From: Cyanobacteriota bacterium
Lineage (GTDB): Bacteria; Cyanobacteriota; Cyanobacteriia; Thermostichales; Thermostichaceae
NCBI GenBank assembly: GCA_033764955.1
Contig: JANRIL010000046.1
Coordinates: 1-64,000, forward strand
DNA length: 64,000 bases
Reading direction: 5' to 3'
The position numbers were made by a program, and so were the translations under genes. This document shows, piece by piece, positions 29,948 through 40,072 of this stretch; the stretch's first letter is position 1; each line of letters begins with the position of its first letter. The notes beneath the pieces were generated by a model. That model ran no database searches. It was not told where the DNA came from and saw only the letters and a list, made by a program, of their open reading frames with translations.

Positions 29948-30036
29948 GGCTAACCAAGCGTTGGAGCAGACTCGCGATAGCGTCCTGCGGTATGGTGAGG
30001 TTGTTGGCTGTTAGCTGCTGAGCTTTTTCGTTAACC
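29948..30036 (+). other. attC site 3 (89 bp)
   Basis: GGCTAAC-N5-GTTGGAG-CAG[A]CT...AGCTG-CTGAGC-N6-GTTAACC. Confidence 0.8.
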
Positions 30037-30418
30037 CTTACGATCTAAAACAGTGCTCAACGCCTTACGGCATCACAGGCAAAAGCACGCATCTAGGTAC
30101 AGACAGACATAACATAAATAGTGGAGCGGCCTGCTCAACCCCTAAGGGCATTGGCAGACCCAAAGATATTAGGGATAAGAAACCAGCCGTTTTCTCAAAC
30201 AAACTATGCCTGACTCCCTGGGAGGGTACCAGCCAAGCGGTCCCTTGAAGGGATAGCCCCCACGCTCGTGATAGATTTTGATGATTGAGCAACTTCATAG
30301 GGAAGATCCGCTGGCTAAAGTCCGGTTTACGTTTAGCAGGGATAGGAACTTTAGTTTGCTTTCCAGCCATCTCAATATCATCTAAATCCCCCGATCTAAA
30401 CAAATTAAGCCAATCGCT

Positions 30419-31036
30419 TTGGATACTTTCCCAAACATGCTTAAGACCGATCGCTCTTGCCTGAGCCTGCTCCGCTGTTGTCGATGGTTAGTCTGTTGGG
30501 GACTGATTCTTGGTTTGACCGGCTTAGCATGGGAAATCAACCTGGGTCGCCCAGCCCATGCCCAGCCCCCTCCGGTTGAAGCCGCAGCAAGGCAGGTCAT
30601 TAGTCGAGAAGAGGCGGAGCAACGGCTAGCGGTGATTGCTCAGGCAATGGAGTCGATTCGGTTGTGTAACCGCCCTGGCTGTCGCTTTTTGCAAATTAAT
30701 AGCCAGGTTCATCCCCAGGATGCTGAGCAACCCTCCCCCATCTACACAGGCGAGATCAACGCCATCATCGATCGCCCCGCCGCTACCCTCGACAAAGCCC
30801 ATTACCAGCTTGAATTTCGGGAGGGGCGCTGGCGTCTGTTGGGTGGAGAGGAGCTATCGGATGTTTCCTCCTTCTTTTTTGACGGAGATGAATATGAAGT
30901 ATTTAGTTCCTACAGTGGGCGTACCCGCATCGAAAAGCTGCAAAACGCCAGTCCAAATCTTCGCATTGGCTATGGAGCACTCTACTTTCAAATCATGCAG
31001 GCGGGGGTGGAAAAGCTCGCTCCCGACCCCTCCTAA
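30419..31036 (+). CDS. Hypothetical exported protein
   Basis: Signal-like hydrophobic stretch ending PAHA; no family recognised. Confidence 0.6.
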   Translation: MDTFPNMLKTDRSCLSLLRCCRWLVCWGLILGLTGLAWEINLGRPAHAQPPPVEAAARQVISREEAEQRLAVIAQAMESIRLCNRPGCRFLQINSQVHPQDAEQPSPIYTGEINAIIDRPAATLDKAHYQLEFREGRWRLLGGEELSDVSSFFFDGDEYEVFSSYSGRTRIEKLQNASPNLRIGYGALYFQIMQAGVEKLAPDPS

Positions 31037-31077
31037 GGAATGACCAACTCACGGGCGGGATCCCCTTTCCACCCAAA

Positions 31078-32052
31078 TTAGGCAGGAATTCGCCCTCCTC
31101 CCATCAAATAAAGCAAAGCCATGCGGATCGCCACCCCATCGGTGACTTGCTGATCAATCAAGCTCACGCCAGGATCTTCCATCAAGTCAGAGGTAATTTC
31201 CACACCGCGATTCACCGGCCCCGGATGGAGCAATTTGACATCGGGATGACATCCAGCCAAGCGCTCCCGATTCAGTCCGTAGAGGTGATGATAGTCCCGC
31301 AGGCTAGGCAAGAGGTGCTGTTGCATCCGTTCTTGCTGCAACCGCAGCGCCATGACAAAACGTGCCCCTTCTAGAGCCGTTTGGAGTTGCCAGTGAATGG
31401 AGATCCCCCACTCCGCAAAAGTTGAGGGTAGGAGGGTGGGGGGACCTGCTAGGTGGAGATCAGCTCCCAGCGTTTTCAGACACCAGATGTTGGATCGGGC
31501 AACCCGCGAATGCAAAATATCGCCGACGATGGCAATTTTGACCCCCCGCAGTAGAGTGGGATCCGGTTGCTGGGGATTGAGGTGGCTGCATAAGGTAAAC
31601 ATATCCAACAGACCTTGGGTGGGATGTTCGTGTTGTCCATCCCCCGCATTCAACACCCCGGCGGGGGATCCCTTCCGTTCCACCTCCTGGGCCATCTGTA
31701 TGGGCACGCCCGCTTGGGCATGGCGCACCACCAAAATATCGGTTCCCATCGCCAAAAAAGTGCGGGTGGTATCGAGGATGGTTTCGCCTTTGCTGAGGGA
31801 GGAGGTGCCAGGGGCAAAGTTTAAGACATCCGCCGACAGTCGTTTAGCGGCCAATTCAAAGCTGTTGCGGGTACGGGTGGAGGCTTCAAAAAATAAGTTG
31901 GCGACCACTTTGCCCTGTAGGGTAGGAACTTTGGGCAACCGCCGCGACAGGACTTCCCGAAAGCTAGCCGCCGTTTGCACCACTATTTCATATTCGCTGG
32001 GGGTAAAGTCTGCTAACCCCAACACATGCCGCCGATGCCAAGCCACCGCCAT
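31078..32052 (-). CDS. pyrB: Aspartate carbamoyltransferase catalytic subunit
   Basis: [28 protein letters not shown]. Confidence 0.97.
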   Translation of the reverse strand: MAVAWHRRHVLGLADFTPSEYEIVVQTAASFREVLSRRLPKVPTLQGKVVANLFFEASTRTRNSFELAAKRLSADVLNFAPGTSSLSKGETILDTTRTFLAMGTDILVVRHAQAGVPIQMAQEVERKGSPAGVLNAGDGQHEHPTQGLLDMFTLCSHLNPQQPDPTLLRGVKIAIVGDILHSRVARSNIWCLKTLGADLHLAGPPTLLPSTFAEWGISIHWQLQTALEGARFVMALRLQQERMQQHLLPSLRDYHHLYGLNRERLAGCHPDVKLLHPGPVNRGVEITSDLMEDPGVSLIDQQVTDGVAIRMALLYLMGGGRIPA

Positions 32053-32184
32053 AAAGCCTCATTATTGATGCCACTAACCATTTTTGAGTCTGAGCTAGCA
32101 AAGTTTTAGTTAGGGGTTATTCACTTTCCGCATTTTGACATGTTCCCGCGAGGCTTCCTCCCTCTAGATAAAGGCTGAACGGAG

Positions 32185-33741
32185 TCAATCGGCTACTGGC
32201 TCACACGTCTGCACAATGGCGGCCACGAGGGCTTCTAGGGTGTAGGGATCCGCCACAATATCCACCCGCCCCCAGAGGTTTTCACAGGTTTCGGCGGTTT
32301 TAGGGCCAATCGCGGCGATTTTGGGCTTTTTCATCCATGCCCAGGGATCCCCATCTGCTGCTGCCTGTTGCAATAACTGCCAAAAGTGGGAAACGGTCTT
32401 GGAACTGGCAAAGGTGAGGATGTCAATCTGCTCTTGCTGTAATGCCCAGATCACCGGCGGGTCGGCTTGCGTAGGACATTGGGACTGATAAGCGGCTACT
32501 TCACAAACCTCTGCTCCTAAGGCTTGCCATGCCTGAACGAGGGTTTCTCGTCCACCTGATTCCACCCGTGGAAAGAGAATGGTTTGCTGGTGGGGGTTGG
32601 GTAAAGCGGTGACCAGAGCATCCGCTACAAATTCATGGGGGATTACGTCTGCGCGCAATCCATATTCAGCCAGGGTGGCGGCGGTTTTGGTTCCTACCAC
32701 CATAATCTTTAGCCCTGCCAGGGCACGGCTATCTCGTTGATGATGGTGCAGCCGCTCAAAGAAGTAGCGGACGGCATTGGCGGAGGTGAGGCAAAGCCAG
32801 GTAAAACGAGGCAGGTGGAGAATCGCCTGATCTAAAGGACGCCAATCACTGGGGGGAACGATCTCTAGAGTGGGCATTTCCAGAACCCGTGCCCCTTGGC
32901 TGTGGAGGAGATTTCGCAGGGGAGAACTTTGGCTGTCGGCGCGGGTGACTAAAACCGTCTTACCCCTGAGGGGCAGGGTAGGGGGTGGGGGCGGCAGATG
33001 GGGCTGGAGGGTGGGGCGAAAGTTGACTACGGATCCCACCACAATCACACTGGGGGGCTGGAGGGAAGTGGGCGGGTGGTGCAGGGATCCGATCTCCACC
33101 TGTTGTTGGGGGGATCCGGCCTGGCCAATCACCGCCACCGGACAATCAAGAGGTTTGCCTGCTTGCCGCAGTTTTTGACAGAGGGAAGGCAAGGGTTGGG
33201 ATCCCATCAGGATGACCAGAGTATCCAGGCTAGCCAGTTCGGCCCACGGCAGTAGGTCGAGGTCATGGGCAGTCAAAACGGCAAAACAACGGCTGAGGGT
33301 TTTGTGGGTGAGGGGAATGCCCGCCAAAAGGGGAGCGGTCAACGCCGATGAGAGTCCTGGCAGGATCTCAAACGCACACCCCGCCGCCTGCAACGCCGCC
33401 ACTTCTTCTAGGGCACGGCCAAAGATCAAAGGATCCCCCGCTTTCAGCCGCACCACCTGCTGCCCCGCTCGATAACGTTCAATCATCTGGGCATGGATAT
33501 CCGCCTGCACCACCGGCGCGGGGATAGGGGATCCCGCTCGTTTGCCGACGCGGATCACTTGAGCCTTGGGGGGAAGGCTAGCCACCACCGATTCCTCCAC
33601 TAGCGCATCCACGAAGACCACATCCGCTTGTTGCAAGACCCGCTGCCCCTGCACCGTCAGCGCATCTACTCCTCCCAAGCCTGCCCCCATCAGATAAATT
33701 TTGGGTGGTGGGGAGGGGGAAGTTGGCACGGCATCATCCAT
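32185..33741 (-). CDS. Uroporphyrinogen-III C-methyltransferase / synthase fusion (CobA-HemD)
   Basis: RLKAGDPLIFGR, PGLSS, then VLVTRA, LTSANAV, TFASSKTV. Confidence 0.93.
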   Translation of the reverse strand: MDDAVPTSPSPPPKIYLMGAGLGGVDALTVQGQRVLQQADVVFVDALVEESVVASLPPKAQVIRVGKRAGSPIPAPVVQADIHAQMIERYRAGQQVVRLKAGDPLIFGRALEEVAALQAAGCAFEILPGLSSALTAPLLAGIPLTHKTLSRCFAVLTAHDLDLLPWAELASLDTLVILMGSQPLPSLCQKLRQAGKPLDCPVAVIGQAGSPQQQVEIGSLHHPPTSLQPPSVIVVGSVVNFRPTLQPHLPPPPPTLPLRGKTVLVTRADSQSSPLRNLLHSQGARVLEMPTLEIVPPSDWRPLDQAILHLPRFTWLCLTSANAVRYFFERLHHHQRDSRALAGLKIMVVGTKTAATLAEYGLRADVIPHEFVADALVTALPNPHQQTILFPRVESGGRETLVQAWQALGAEVCEVAAYQSQCPTQADPPVIWALQQEQIDILTFASSKTVSHFWQLLQQAAADGDPWAWMKKPKIAAIGPKTAETCENLWGRVDIVADPYTLEALVAAIVQTCEPVAD

Positions 33742-33919
33742 CTAGTGAACCTTAGGAAAGGGGATCCCTATCCAGTATCCAGTAAGTATCCAGCCAGTAT
33801 CCAAAATTGACGGTCGAGAGTGTTGGGTGTTGAAGGAGCAGGGCATGGTTGAGAAGGAATAGCATAGAGCTAGCAGCGCTTTTGCCTCACCCCCTCTTTA
33901 CCACAAGGCTACTACCACT

Positions 33920-34483
33920 ATGGCTTGCATCACCAGACCGACACTAGGGATCCCGACGGGAGCAATGGCTTTGATCCTCACTGTGGGATTGTGGGGCTGC
34001 ACTCCGGCAGGATTTCGCAACCCGCGTCCCACCCTCAGCAACGATGGGCTAAATAGTATCTATCCCGATCAAGAGCCTGCCTATAGCGCGGATGGCCGCT
34101 ATTTGGTGTTTTCCTCAGCCCGCAATGGTAGTCAGGCGATTTTTCTCTACGACACACAGGCGGACAAGTTGCTGGATCTGCCCAATCTCAACTCTAATGA
34201 TGTGGCCTCCTATTCCCCCGATATCAGTGCCAATGGACGCTATATCGTCTTTGTCTCCAACGCCCTCGGCAAGTCCGAGATCTATCTCTACGACCGTGAT
34301 ACCACCAATGTACAAAATATCAGCAACCGCATTCCGGGTGATGTGAGAAACCCTACCATCAGTGGCGATGGGCGCTATATTGCCTTTGAAAGCAACGGGT
34401 TGGGTCAGTGGCATATTGAAATTTTTGACCGAGGTGCTAATGCAGTAGCCCCCACTCCTTCTACCCCTAGCCCACAGCCCTAG
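33920..34483 (+). CDS. TolB-like PD40-repeat lipoprotein
   Basis: LWGC lipobox; three SxDGRYxxF-type repeats. Confidence 0.85.
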   Translation: MACITRPTLGIPTGAMALILTVGLWGCTPAGFRNPRPTLSNDGLNSIYPDQEPAYSADGRYLVFSSARNGSQAIFLYDTQADKLLDLPNLNSNDVASYSPDISANGRYIVFVSNALGKSEIYLYDRDTTNVQNISNRIPGDVRNPTISGDGRYIAFESNGLGQWHIEIFDRGANAVAPTPSTPSPQP

Positions 34484-34484
34484 G

Positions 34485-34688
34485 TTATTTTTGGTCGGCA
34501 CGGGCGGCATTCACCGCAACCTTAAAGAACCAAATGGTCAAGGGAGCGGTCAGCAATAAAATTCCCGTAGTCAGAGCAACCCCATAATCCGGGGATCCTG
34601 ATGTCAACTCAAACACAGATCCCACCGCCGCAATCGCAGATAGGCAGGATCCGGCCAGAAATAGATTACTTTTTAGGTTGGTATTCAT
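34485..34688 (-). CDS. Small two-TM cyanobacterial protein
   Basis: AIAAVGSVFEL.SG.P motif, two hydrophobic helices. Confidence 0.7.
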   Translation of the reverse strand: MNTNLKSNLFLAGSCLSAIAAVGSVFELTSGSPDYGVALTTGILLLTAPLTIWFFKVAVNAARADQK

Positions 34689-34837
34689 GATAGAGAGAAG
34701 ATAGGGGCAAGGGGCTAAGGCTGACCATCCGCAACCCTCATAGCCCTTATAGATAAAGGAAAGGGATCCCGCTTGCTCATTCGCTCAGGATCCCTGCTCG
34801 GCCATCGCTCGTTGATGGATGAAGCGTCAACGGGGAA

Positions 34838-35248
34838 CTAGCCACTGACAATAATTTTGCCCACCATACCCGCGCCACGATGGGGGGTGCAGAAATAGGA
34901 ATATTCGCCGGCGGGTACATCCACGAAAGCGGATTCAACCGTTTGTTTGGGGGCAGTCAAGAGGCTCTTGTGGGAAAGCTTGGCGGCGAGAGCAGCATCG
35001 TCTCCAGGCACTTTGTCAAAAACAATGTTGTGGGGATAAACCTTGTTGTTGACCCACTGCACCGTATCCCCCGCTTTGATGGAAACCGTAGCCGGCTCAA
35101 ATACCAACTGGGATTTATCGGATCCCATTTTGACTTGCACAGTTTCAGCCGCTGCCGGATAAGAGACAACAGCGAATAGACCAACTACTAACAGGAGTCC
35201 GAGCAGCAGCCCTTGCAGACGTTGGGCAACGGAAGACAGGTAGTTCAT
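34838..35248 (-). CDS. petE: Plastocyanin
   Basis: HNIVF and FCTPHRGAGM copper ligands; thylakoid signal. Confidence 0.97.
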   Translation of the reverse strand: MNYLSSVAQRLQGLLLGLLLVVGLFAVVSYPAAAETVQVKMGSDKSQLVFEPATVSIKAGDTVQWVNNKVYPHNIVFDKVPGDDAALAAKLSHKSLLTAPKQTVESAFVDVPAGEYSYFCTPHRGAGMVGKIIVSG

Positions 35249-35438
35249 GGATTCCTCTCAAGATCGTAGAGACAATAATGACAACCGAGTAATGCCCATC
35301 CAGAAGTGGCAGGTTAGAAAGTGGCCGATCAAACGGATCGGTGAAAAAATATCTGCCATCATCAGCTAGGCATCACTATAAGCTTCACAGCAGTAACATT
35401 TTCTAGATTATACCGCCAAAGGTTCCGTTCCCTGTCGA

Positions 35439-36386
35439 TTAACTAAGGGCAGCCGCCAAGATCTGATAGGTTAGTTTCGCCACACTAAAGGCACTGCGCC
35501 GATCCGTTTCTCGCTCTCCGGTCACGGCTAGCTCCACCACATCTGCTCCCACGATCTGCCGTTGGGATCCGAGGGCACGGATTAGCTCTATGGTGTCCCA
35601 CCAACTCAAACCTCCTGGTTCGGGTGTGCCGGTGGCGGGAACCACTGAGGGATCTAAGCCATCGACATCCACCGTTAAATAGACCCGCGGCCCTAACGTT
35701 GCGATCACCTGCGGGATCCACTCCTGGGCAGGCTTGCTCTGCAAACTATGGGCAAAAAAGGTGTGCAAGCGGCGCTCCCGAATGGCCTGCCGATCTTCGG
35801 CACAAATGGAGCGGATCCCTACTTGGGTGAGGCGATTATCTATGACATCCACAATCCGCGCCATTGCCGACGCATGGGAGAGAGGGGATCCCTCGTAGGC
35901 GTTCCGCAGGTCACAGTGAGCATCAATCTGCAAGACACAAAGATCGGGGTAGTGCTCCAGATGGGCTTGGACTAAGGGAGGGGTAACAGAGTGTTCTCCC
36001 CCAATTGAGCACAAAAAGCGCCCTGGTTTGACCAGCTCTGCCGCCCGCCGATAAATCTCTTGCATAGCTGGCTCAAAGGCTGCCGTAAACTCTACCGGCG
36101 GAGCCGTCCAGTAGCGCGAGATCACGTCAGCATCTTCTTCTGTTTCTAAGGAACTGCCAGAGGCGACGGCTGGTTCACGATCCCGCACCTCGTCATAAAG
36201 CTCCACATAGGCAGAGGCTTCTAAAAGAGCCTGGGGGGCTTGGGCGGTTCCTTTGCCATAGGAGGTGGTGGCCTCATAGGGGACGGGCAAGATTATTGCC
36301 TGCGCCGTCGCCAAATCGGTTTCGGTCAGTCCTAAAAATGGGGTGGGAGATGGGGAAGACGACGACACAGCTAAGCCAAAACGCAC
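35439..36386 (-). CDS. speB: Agmatinase (ureohydrolase family)
   Basis: GGEHS, DAHCD, DVDGLDP, TGTPEPGG. Confidence 0.9.
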   Translation of the reverse strand: MRFGLAVSSSSPSPTPFLGLTETDLATAQAIILPVPYEATTSYGKGTAQAPQALLEASAYVELYDEVRDREPAVASGSSLETEEDADVISRYWTAPPVEFTAAFEPAMQEIYRRAAELVKPGRFLCSIGGEHSVTPPLVQAHLEHYPDLCVLQIDAHCDLRNAYEGSPLSHASAMARIVDVIDNRLTQVGIRSICAEDRQAIRERRLHTFFAHSLQSKPAQEWIPQVIATLGPRVYLTVDVDGLDPSVVPATGTPEPGGLSWWDTIELIRALGSQRQIVGADVVELAVTGERETDRRSAFSVAKLTYQILAAALS

Positions 36387-36433
36387 AACTTTTCTATCTT
36401 AACACTTCCCTCCAAAAGCCTCTACAGAGAGGG

Positions 36434-37400
36434 GATAGTGCCCCTGGAGTAATGATACTATTGCCTTAGGTTTTCTATTTCTTATTTGCGCTATGTTTAC
36501 CTGCCCAAACTGTCATTCTTCTCAGCTGGCTAAGCACGGCAAAACCCATAACAAAGAAACAACGATTTAAATGCCATGATTGTCATAGGCAGTTTACTCC
36601 TGATTCCTCTCAGAAAGTCATTTCAGATGCAGATAGATTTAGATGCAGATGGCTCTTTAGTAAATAAACTCTTGCCAGAACGAATTTCTATCGCCGCCAT
36701 ATCCCGGATAAACGACATTTCAGAATCATGACTACAAAACTATATTAATTATAAGCCTGCTTATATATCTCAAATTATGGAGGTTTATCTCAACCCTACG
36801 GCAGGCTGATGCCAAAAAAAAGGCACGTTGTTCGCATTAGCATCTTTTCCTGTAATGCGATGTTTGCGTAGCCATTATTATGACTGTTTGTGGGATCCAA
36901 AGACAACCACCAATGGCTCTGGATGGTCATAGAGAAAGAGACTCGACTTGTCCTAGCCGTTTATATCGGATCCAGAACTAGAGACAGTGCAAAAAATTTA
37001 CGGAAGAGACTGCCAAAAGCTTAGGAAAACAAGCAAGTTCTATCCTATAATTGATTTACTTAACGATGAAAACAGAAAAACTCAACAATGTTTTTCAAGT
37101 ATGAATTTCACCAGGCTTGGCTGTCTCATTCTTATCTAAATCAACCATGAATTCTGAAAAGTTTATCAAAAAGTTGTTCGTGAAAATAAGCATGAAGCTG
37201 TTGGTAGAGAAACAGGGAAAACCTTTTTGATTGTTCGCGTAGCTTGGCGTAGCCATAACGATTAAATAACACCCTTAGACAGCGGATCGGAAGGCTAGTC
37301 AGAAAAACTCTCTCCTCCTCCCAGAAACTGGAGAACCTTATTGGGATGATCTTCAACTTTTTGCATCACTACCATGCAACATGACTTACATATGACTACT
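36434..37400 (+). pseudogene. Degraded IS1-family element (insA/insB fragments)
   Basis: MFTCPNCHS...KQRFKCHDC zinc ribbon; A-run frameshift site near 36814; GSKDNHQWLW and RLNNTLRQRIGRLVRKTLS; degenerate ends GATAGTG..AGTAATG and CATGACTT..ACTACT; many stops. Confidence 0.85.
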
Positions 37401-37423
37401 GGATTCTTGATGCTACCGATCCC

Positions 37424-39031
37424 TTAGTCGGAGCGACATCCCAAGGTGGTGATGTAGAGGGCTGCTTCGGTCAAGGGGATCCCTAACACCTCATTAACCT
37501 GGTCATCAAAAAATCCAGCGATGCCACTCACCCCCAATCCCAAGCGAGTTGCCGCCACATTCAGCCGTTGCCCCAAATGCCCAGCATCCATATGTAAGTA
37601 GCGATAGGCGCGCTCTCCATAACGACTGACTGCTTGCCGCAAATCAGCAGTATGCACAACCACGGCTCCGGCATCGCGACCCAGATCTTGCCCCAAACAG
37701 AGATAGCACACCTCCTCGCGGAAATTTTTGAACCGGATCTGCCGCAATTCTTGGGGGTGAGGCGCATAATAATAACAGCCTACTTCCAAACCTTTGACGC
37801 CATTCACTACGATAAAAGTTTCGATCATCGACAGATCAAAATAATCTGGCTGGGGATCCAATCCCTGAGCTTCATAATGTTCGGGATGGTAGGTAAAATC
37901 TAGTAGCGCCAACAAATCTCCCATCTCAATATCTGCACCCGTAAACTGACGGGTCGAGCGCCGAGTCAATAAACTTTGCACCAGATATTGCAGATGCTCT
38001 CCCCAATGAATTGGCTCGGTAGCCGTACTCAATTTCAAACAAAAGGGAAAGTTATATTTGTCTCCGGCATTGGGTAGGGGTTCTGTGGCTAGAGAAATCT
38101 CAGTTTGAGGGGTGAGTTGACTGGCTTGATGCAAAAAACTCAACCATTGCCCAGTGCTTAAATCAGGTATCTGGCGGACAATTGGAGAGGGCAAAGCGGT
38201 CACAGCGGTGGGAATTTCGACCACAGCGGATGGAGAATCAAGAGGATAGGGATCCCGCCACAGATCCAGGAGGGGCAAAACGGTCATCACCCCTTCCGTT
38301 TGTTCATCTAAAAAGAGTAGGGAATCAAGCTGATGGTCATAAAATCCTCCCACCTGAGCCGCCCGATAACCTGTTAAATTAGCTGCCAATTCAATATTGC
38401 CTAATAGGTGTCCGGTATCTAAACAAATGCGTCGATAGGCTCGATCTTCATAACGCCATTCTGACCGAAAGAAGACGGCTGTTGTAATCACCACCAGAGA
38501 AGTTTCTTGAAAAAGCTCCGTTTGAAAGCAACCACCTTGGAGAAGCTCCCAGCGACTGTCATCCCAAAAGCGAATTAAGCTATGGCTACGTACCTGATAG
38601 TTATACAGCCCCGCCGAGATGCCCGCCGACCCTCGACTGACCACATACACTTCGGCAGGATACAATCCCCCAGCAGAGGGGGCAGACCGCATATAAAAGG
38701 GGCGGGCAAAATTGGGAACAATTAGAGTCACCCCATAACTAAAAAACAGAAATTGGGAAAGCCGCTGCCGTTGCCAAAGAGCCATTTCCGACAACGGTTC
38801 CTCGGCGGGTGTGGGGATGTCCTTCAGGGGGGAGAGCGAAGCTTCTGGGCTAGAGAGCTTTTGCAGATAGGGCTTGAGGGGAAGGATGGTTCCTACTCCA
38901 CTGGGATAGTCCTTGTAGGGATGGGGTTGCTGCTCCCAGTCTAATTGGCGGGTCTGGCGAGCTAGCCCTTCCGGTGAATACTTGGTGAATTCGTGATATC
39001 GCTGGCTAGCGGACAGGGGAGGCTGAGACAT
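37424..39031 (-). CDS. SagB/ThcOx-family two-domain nitroreductase-like dehydrogenase
   Basis: YHEFTK, RSAPSAGGLYP, RRSTR, YGERAYRYLHMDAGH. Confidence 0.9.
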   Translation of the reverse strand: MSQPPLSASQRYHEFTKYSPEGLARQTRQLDWEQQPHPYKDYPSGVGTILPLKPYLQKLSSPEASLSPLKDIPTPAEEPLSEMALWQRQRLSQFLFFSYGVTLIVPNFARPFYMRSAPSAGGLYPAEVYVVSRGSAGISAGLYNYQVRSHSLIRFWDDSRWELLQGGCFQTELFQETSLVVITTAVFFRSEWRYEDRAYRRICLDTGHLLGNIELAANLTGYRAAQVGGFYDHQLDSLLFLDEQTEGVMTVLPLLDLWRDPYPLDSPSAVVEIPTAVTALPSPIVRQIPDLSTGQWLSFLHQASQLTPQTEISLATEPLPNAGDKYNFPFCLKLSTATEPIHWGEHLQYLVQSLLTRRSTRQFTGADIEMGDLLALLDFTYHPEHYEAQGLDPQPDYFDLSMIETFIVVNGVKGLEVGCYYYAPHPQELRQIRFKNFREEVCYLCLGQDLGRDAGAVVVHTADLRQAVSRYGERAYRYLHMDAGHLGQRLNVAATRLGLGVSGIAGFFDDQVNEVLGIPLTEAALYITTLGCRSD

Positions 39032-39277
39032 GGTGGCATGATCCGCAAAAGGCTAGATCCTGAAGATGTCACCAGTTTACAGGCCGGATTGTCCAGAAAT
39101 AGGGTTCTGACTCACTGGAATAGCAACGGATCTCAATCCCTCCTATCAATCGGGTCAGGATCTTAACCTACCCCTCACCTCTGCCGACTATAGTGACCAG
39201 GTAGTGATCTGAAAATAGTGACCTGAGCAGCGACCCAAGCAGGGGTCTGAGAACCTTCCGCCAGGAGTTAGTTGTCT

Positions 39278-40072
39278 ATGCTGATTCATCTGATCGCCGA
39301 CTATGGCACTGGGGATCCGGCTTTTGCCGAGGTCAGTCAGCAATTGTTGCTGGGGTTCCCCACCGCCCAGATTTTTCCCCTCTCCGTGCCCCCCTTTAGC
39401 ACTCTGGCTACCGGATTTTGGATTGCTCAATTGGGTTTGAACAGGGCGGTCGCTGACCGTTTCATCTATCACAACTGCGCCCCCCGCCAGGATGATTTGC
39501 AGGCTCGCGCCAACAACGAGGGAGAAGGATTAACCTACGCTGTCTTACCGAGCGGGGTCAAAGTGGTGGGGGTTAACGCCGGATATACCCTCTCCTTTCT
39601 CAAGGATCAGGGGATCCCTTTTCACCCGGTCAATGTCTCCCGCGGGGGATCCCAGTTTCGCTCCCGTGATGTGTTTCCGGCTGCCGCCACTGCCCTCTTT
39701 CAGTCGGATCTATCCCAGCAAGATTGGCTGGGATCCCCACTGGATTGGGAAACCATTCCTGACGCCCCTTTCGATCGCGTCGTTTGGGTGGATGGCTATG
39801 GCAACATCAAAACCAGTATCCCCGCCAGCAGCTTCCAAATTGTGCCGGAAACGAAAGTGGTGATTCGGGTGGGAGATGTGGTGAGTGATGCTATCTACTC
39901 GGATGGGAGTTTTCGAGTTCCCCAGGGCACGTTGGCTTTTGCCCCCGGTAGTTCTGGCTGGATAACCCCCCAGGGATCCCGACGTTGGATGGAGCTGTTT
40001 TTGCGAGGGGGTAGTGCCTGGGAGCGATTTGGTCGCCCGCGTGTTGGTCAACAGGTGACGCTTTTATCCTGA
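39278..40072 (+). CDS. SAM hydroxide adenosyltransferase / halogenase family protein
   Basis: LIADYGTGD, FRSRDVF, VDGYGNIKT. Confidence 0.8.
   Translation: MLIHLIADYGTGDPAFAEVSQQLLLGFPTAQIFPLSVPPFSTLATGFWIAQLGLNRAVADRFIYHNCAPRQDDLQARANNEGEGLTYAVLPSGVKVVGVNAGYTLSFLKDQGIPFHPVNVSRGGSQFRSRDVFPAAATALFQSDLSQQDWLGSPLDWETIPDAPFDRVVWVDGYGNIKTSIPASSFQIVPETKVVIRVGDVVSDAIYSDGSFRVPQGTLAFAPGSSGWITPQGSRRWMELFLRGGSAWERFGRPRVGQQVTLLS

Larger units (their letters stand above)
26466..30036 (+). mobile_element. Integron-type gene cassette array with no integrase in the window (CALIN), three cassettes
   Basis: Starts at core site GTTAGGC; three co-oriented ORFs with very short leaders, each followed by an attC site. 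Confidence 0.88.

Noticed and set aside
27590..30036. attC hairpins as simple intrinsic terminators or CRISPR repeats
   Set aside because: They carry AAC/GTT core boxes and bulged bases, differ from each other in sequence, and are separated by whole genes rather than short spacers; no cas genes are present.
37424..40072. RiPP (azole peptide) or halogenation cluster from SagB plus SAM-halogenase-like genes
   Set aside because: No YcaO, precursor peptide or exporter nearby; the genes are divergent and both families occur stand-alone.
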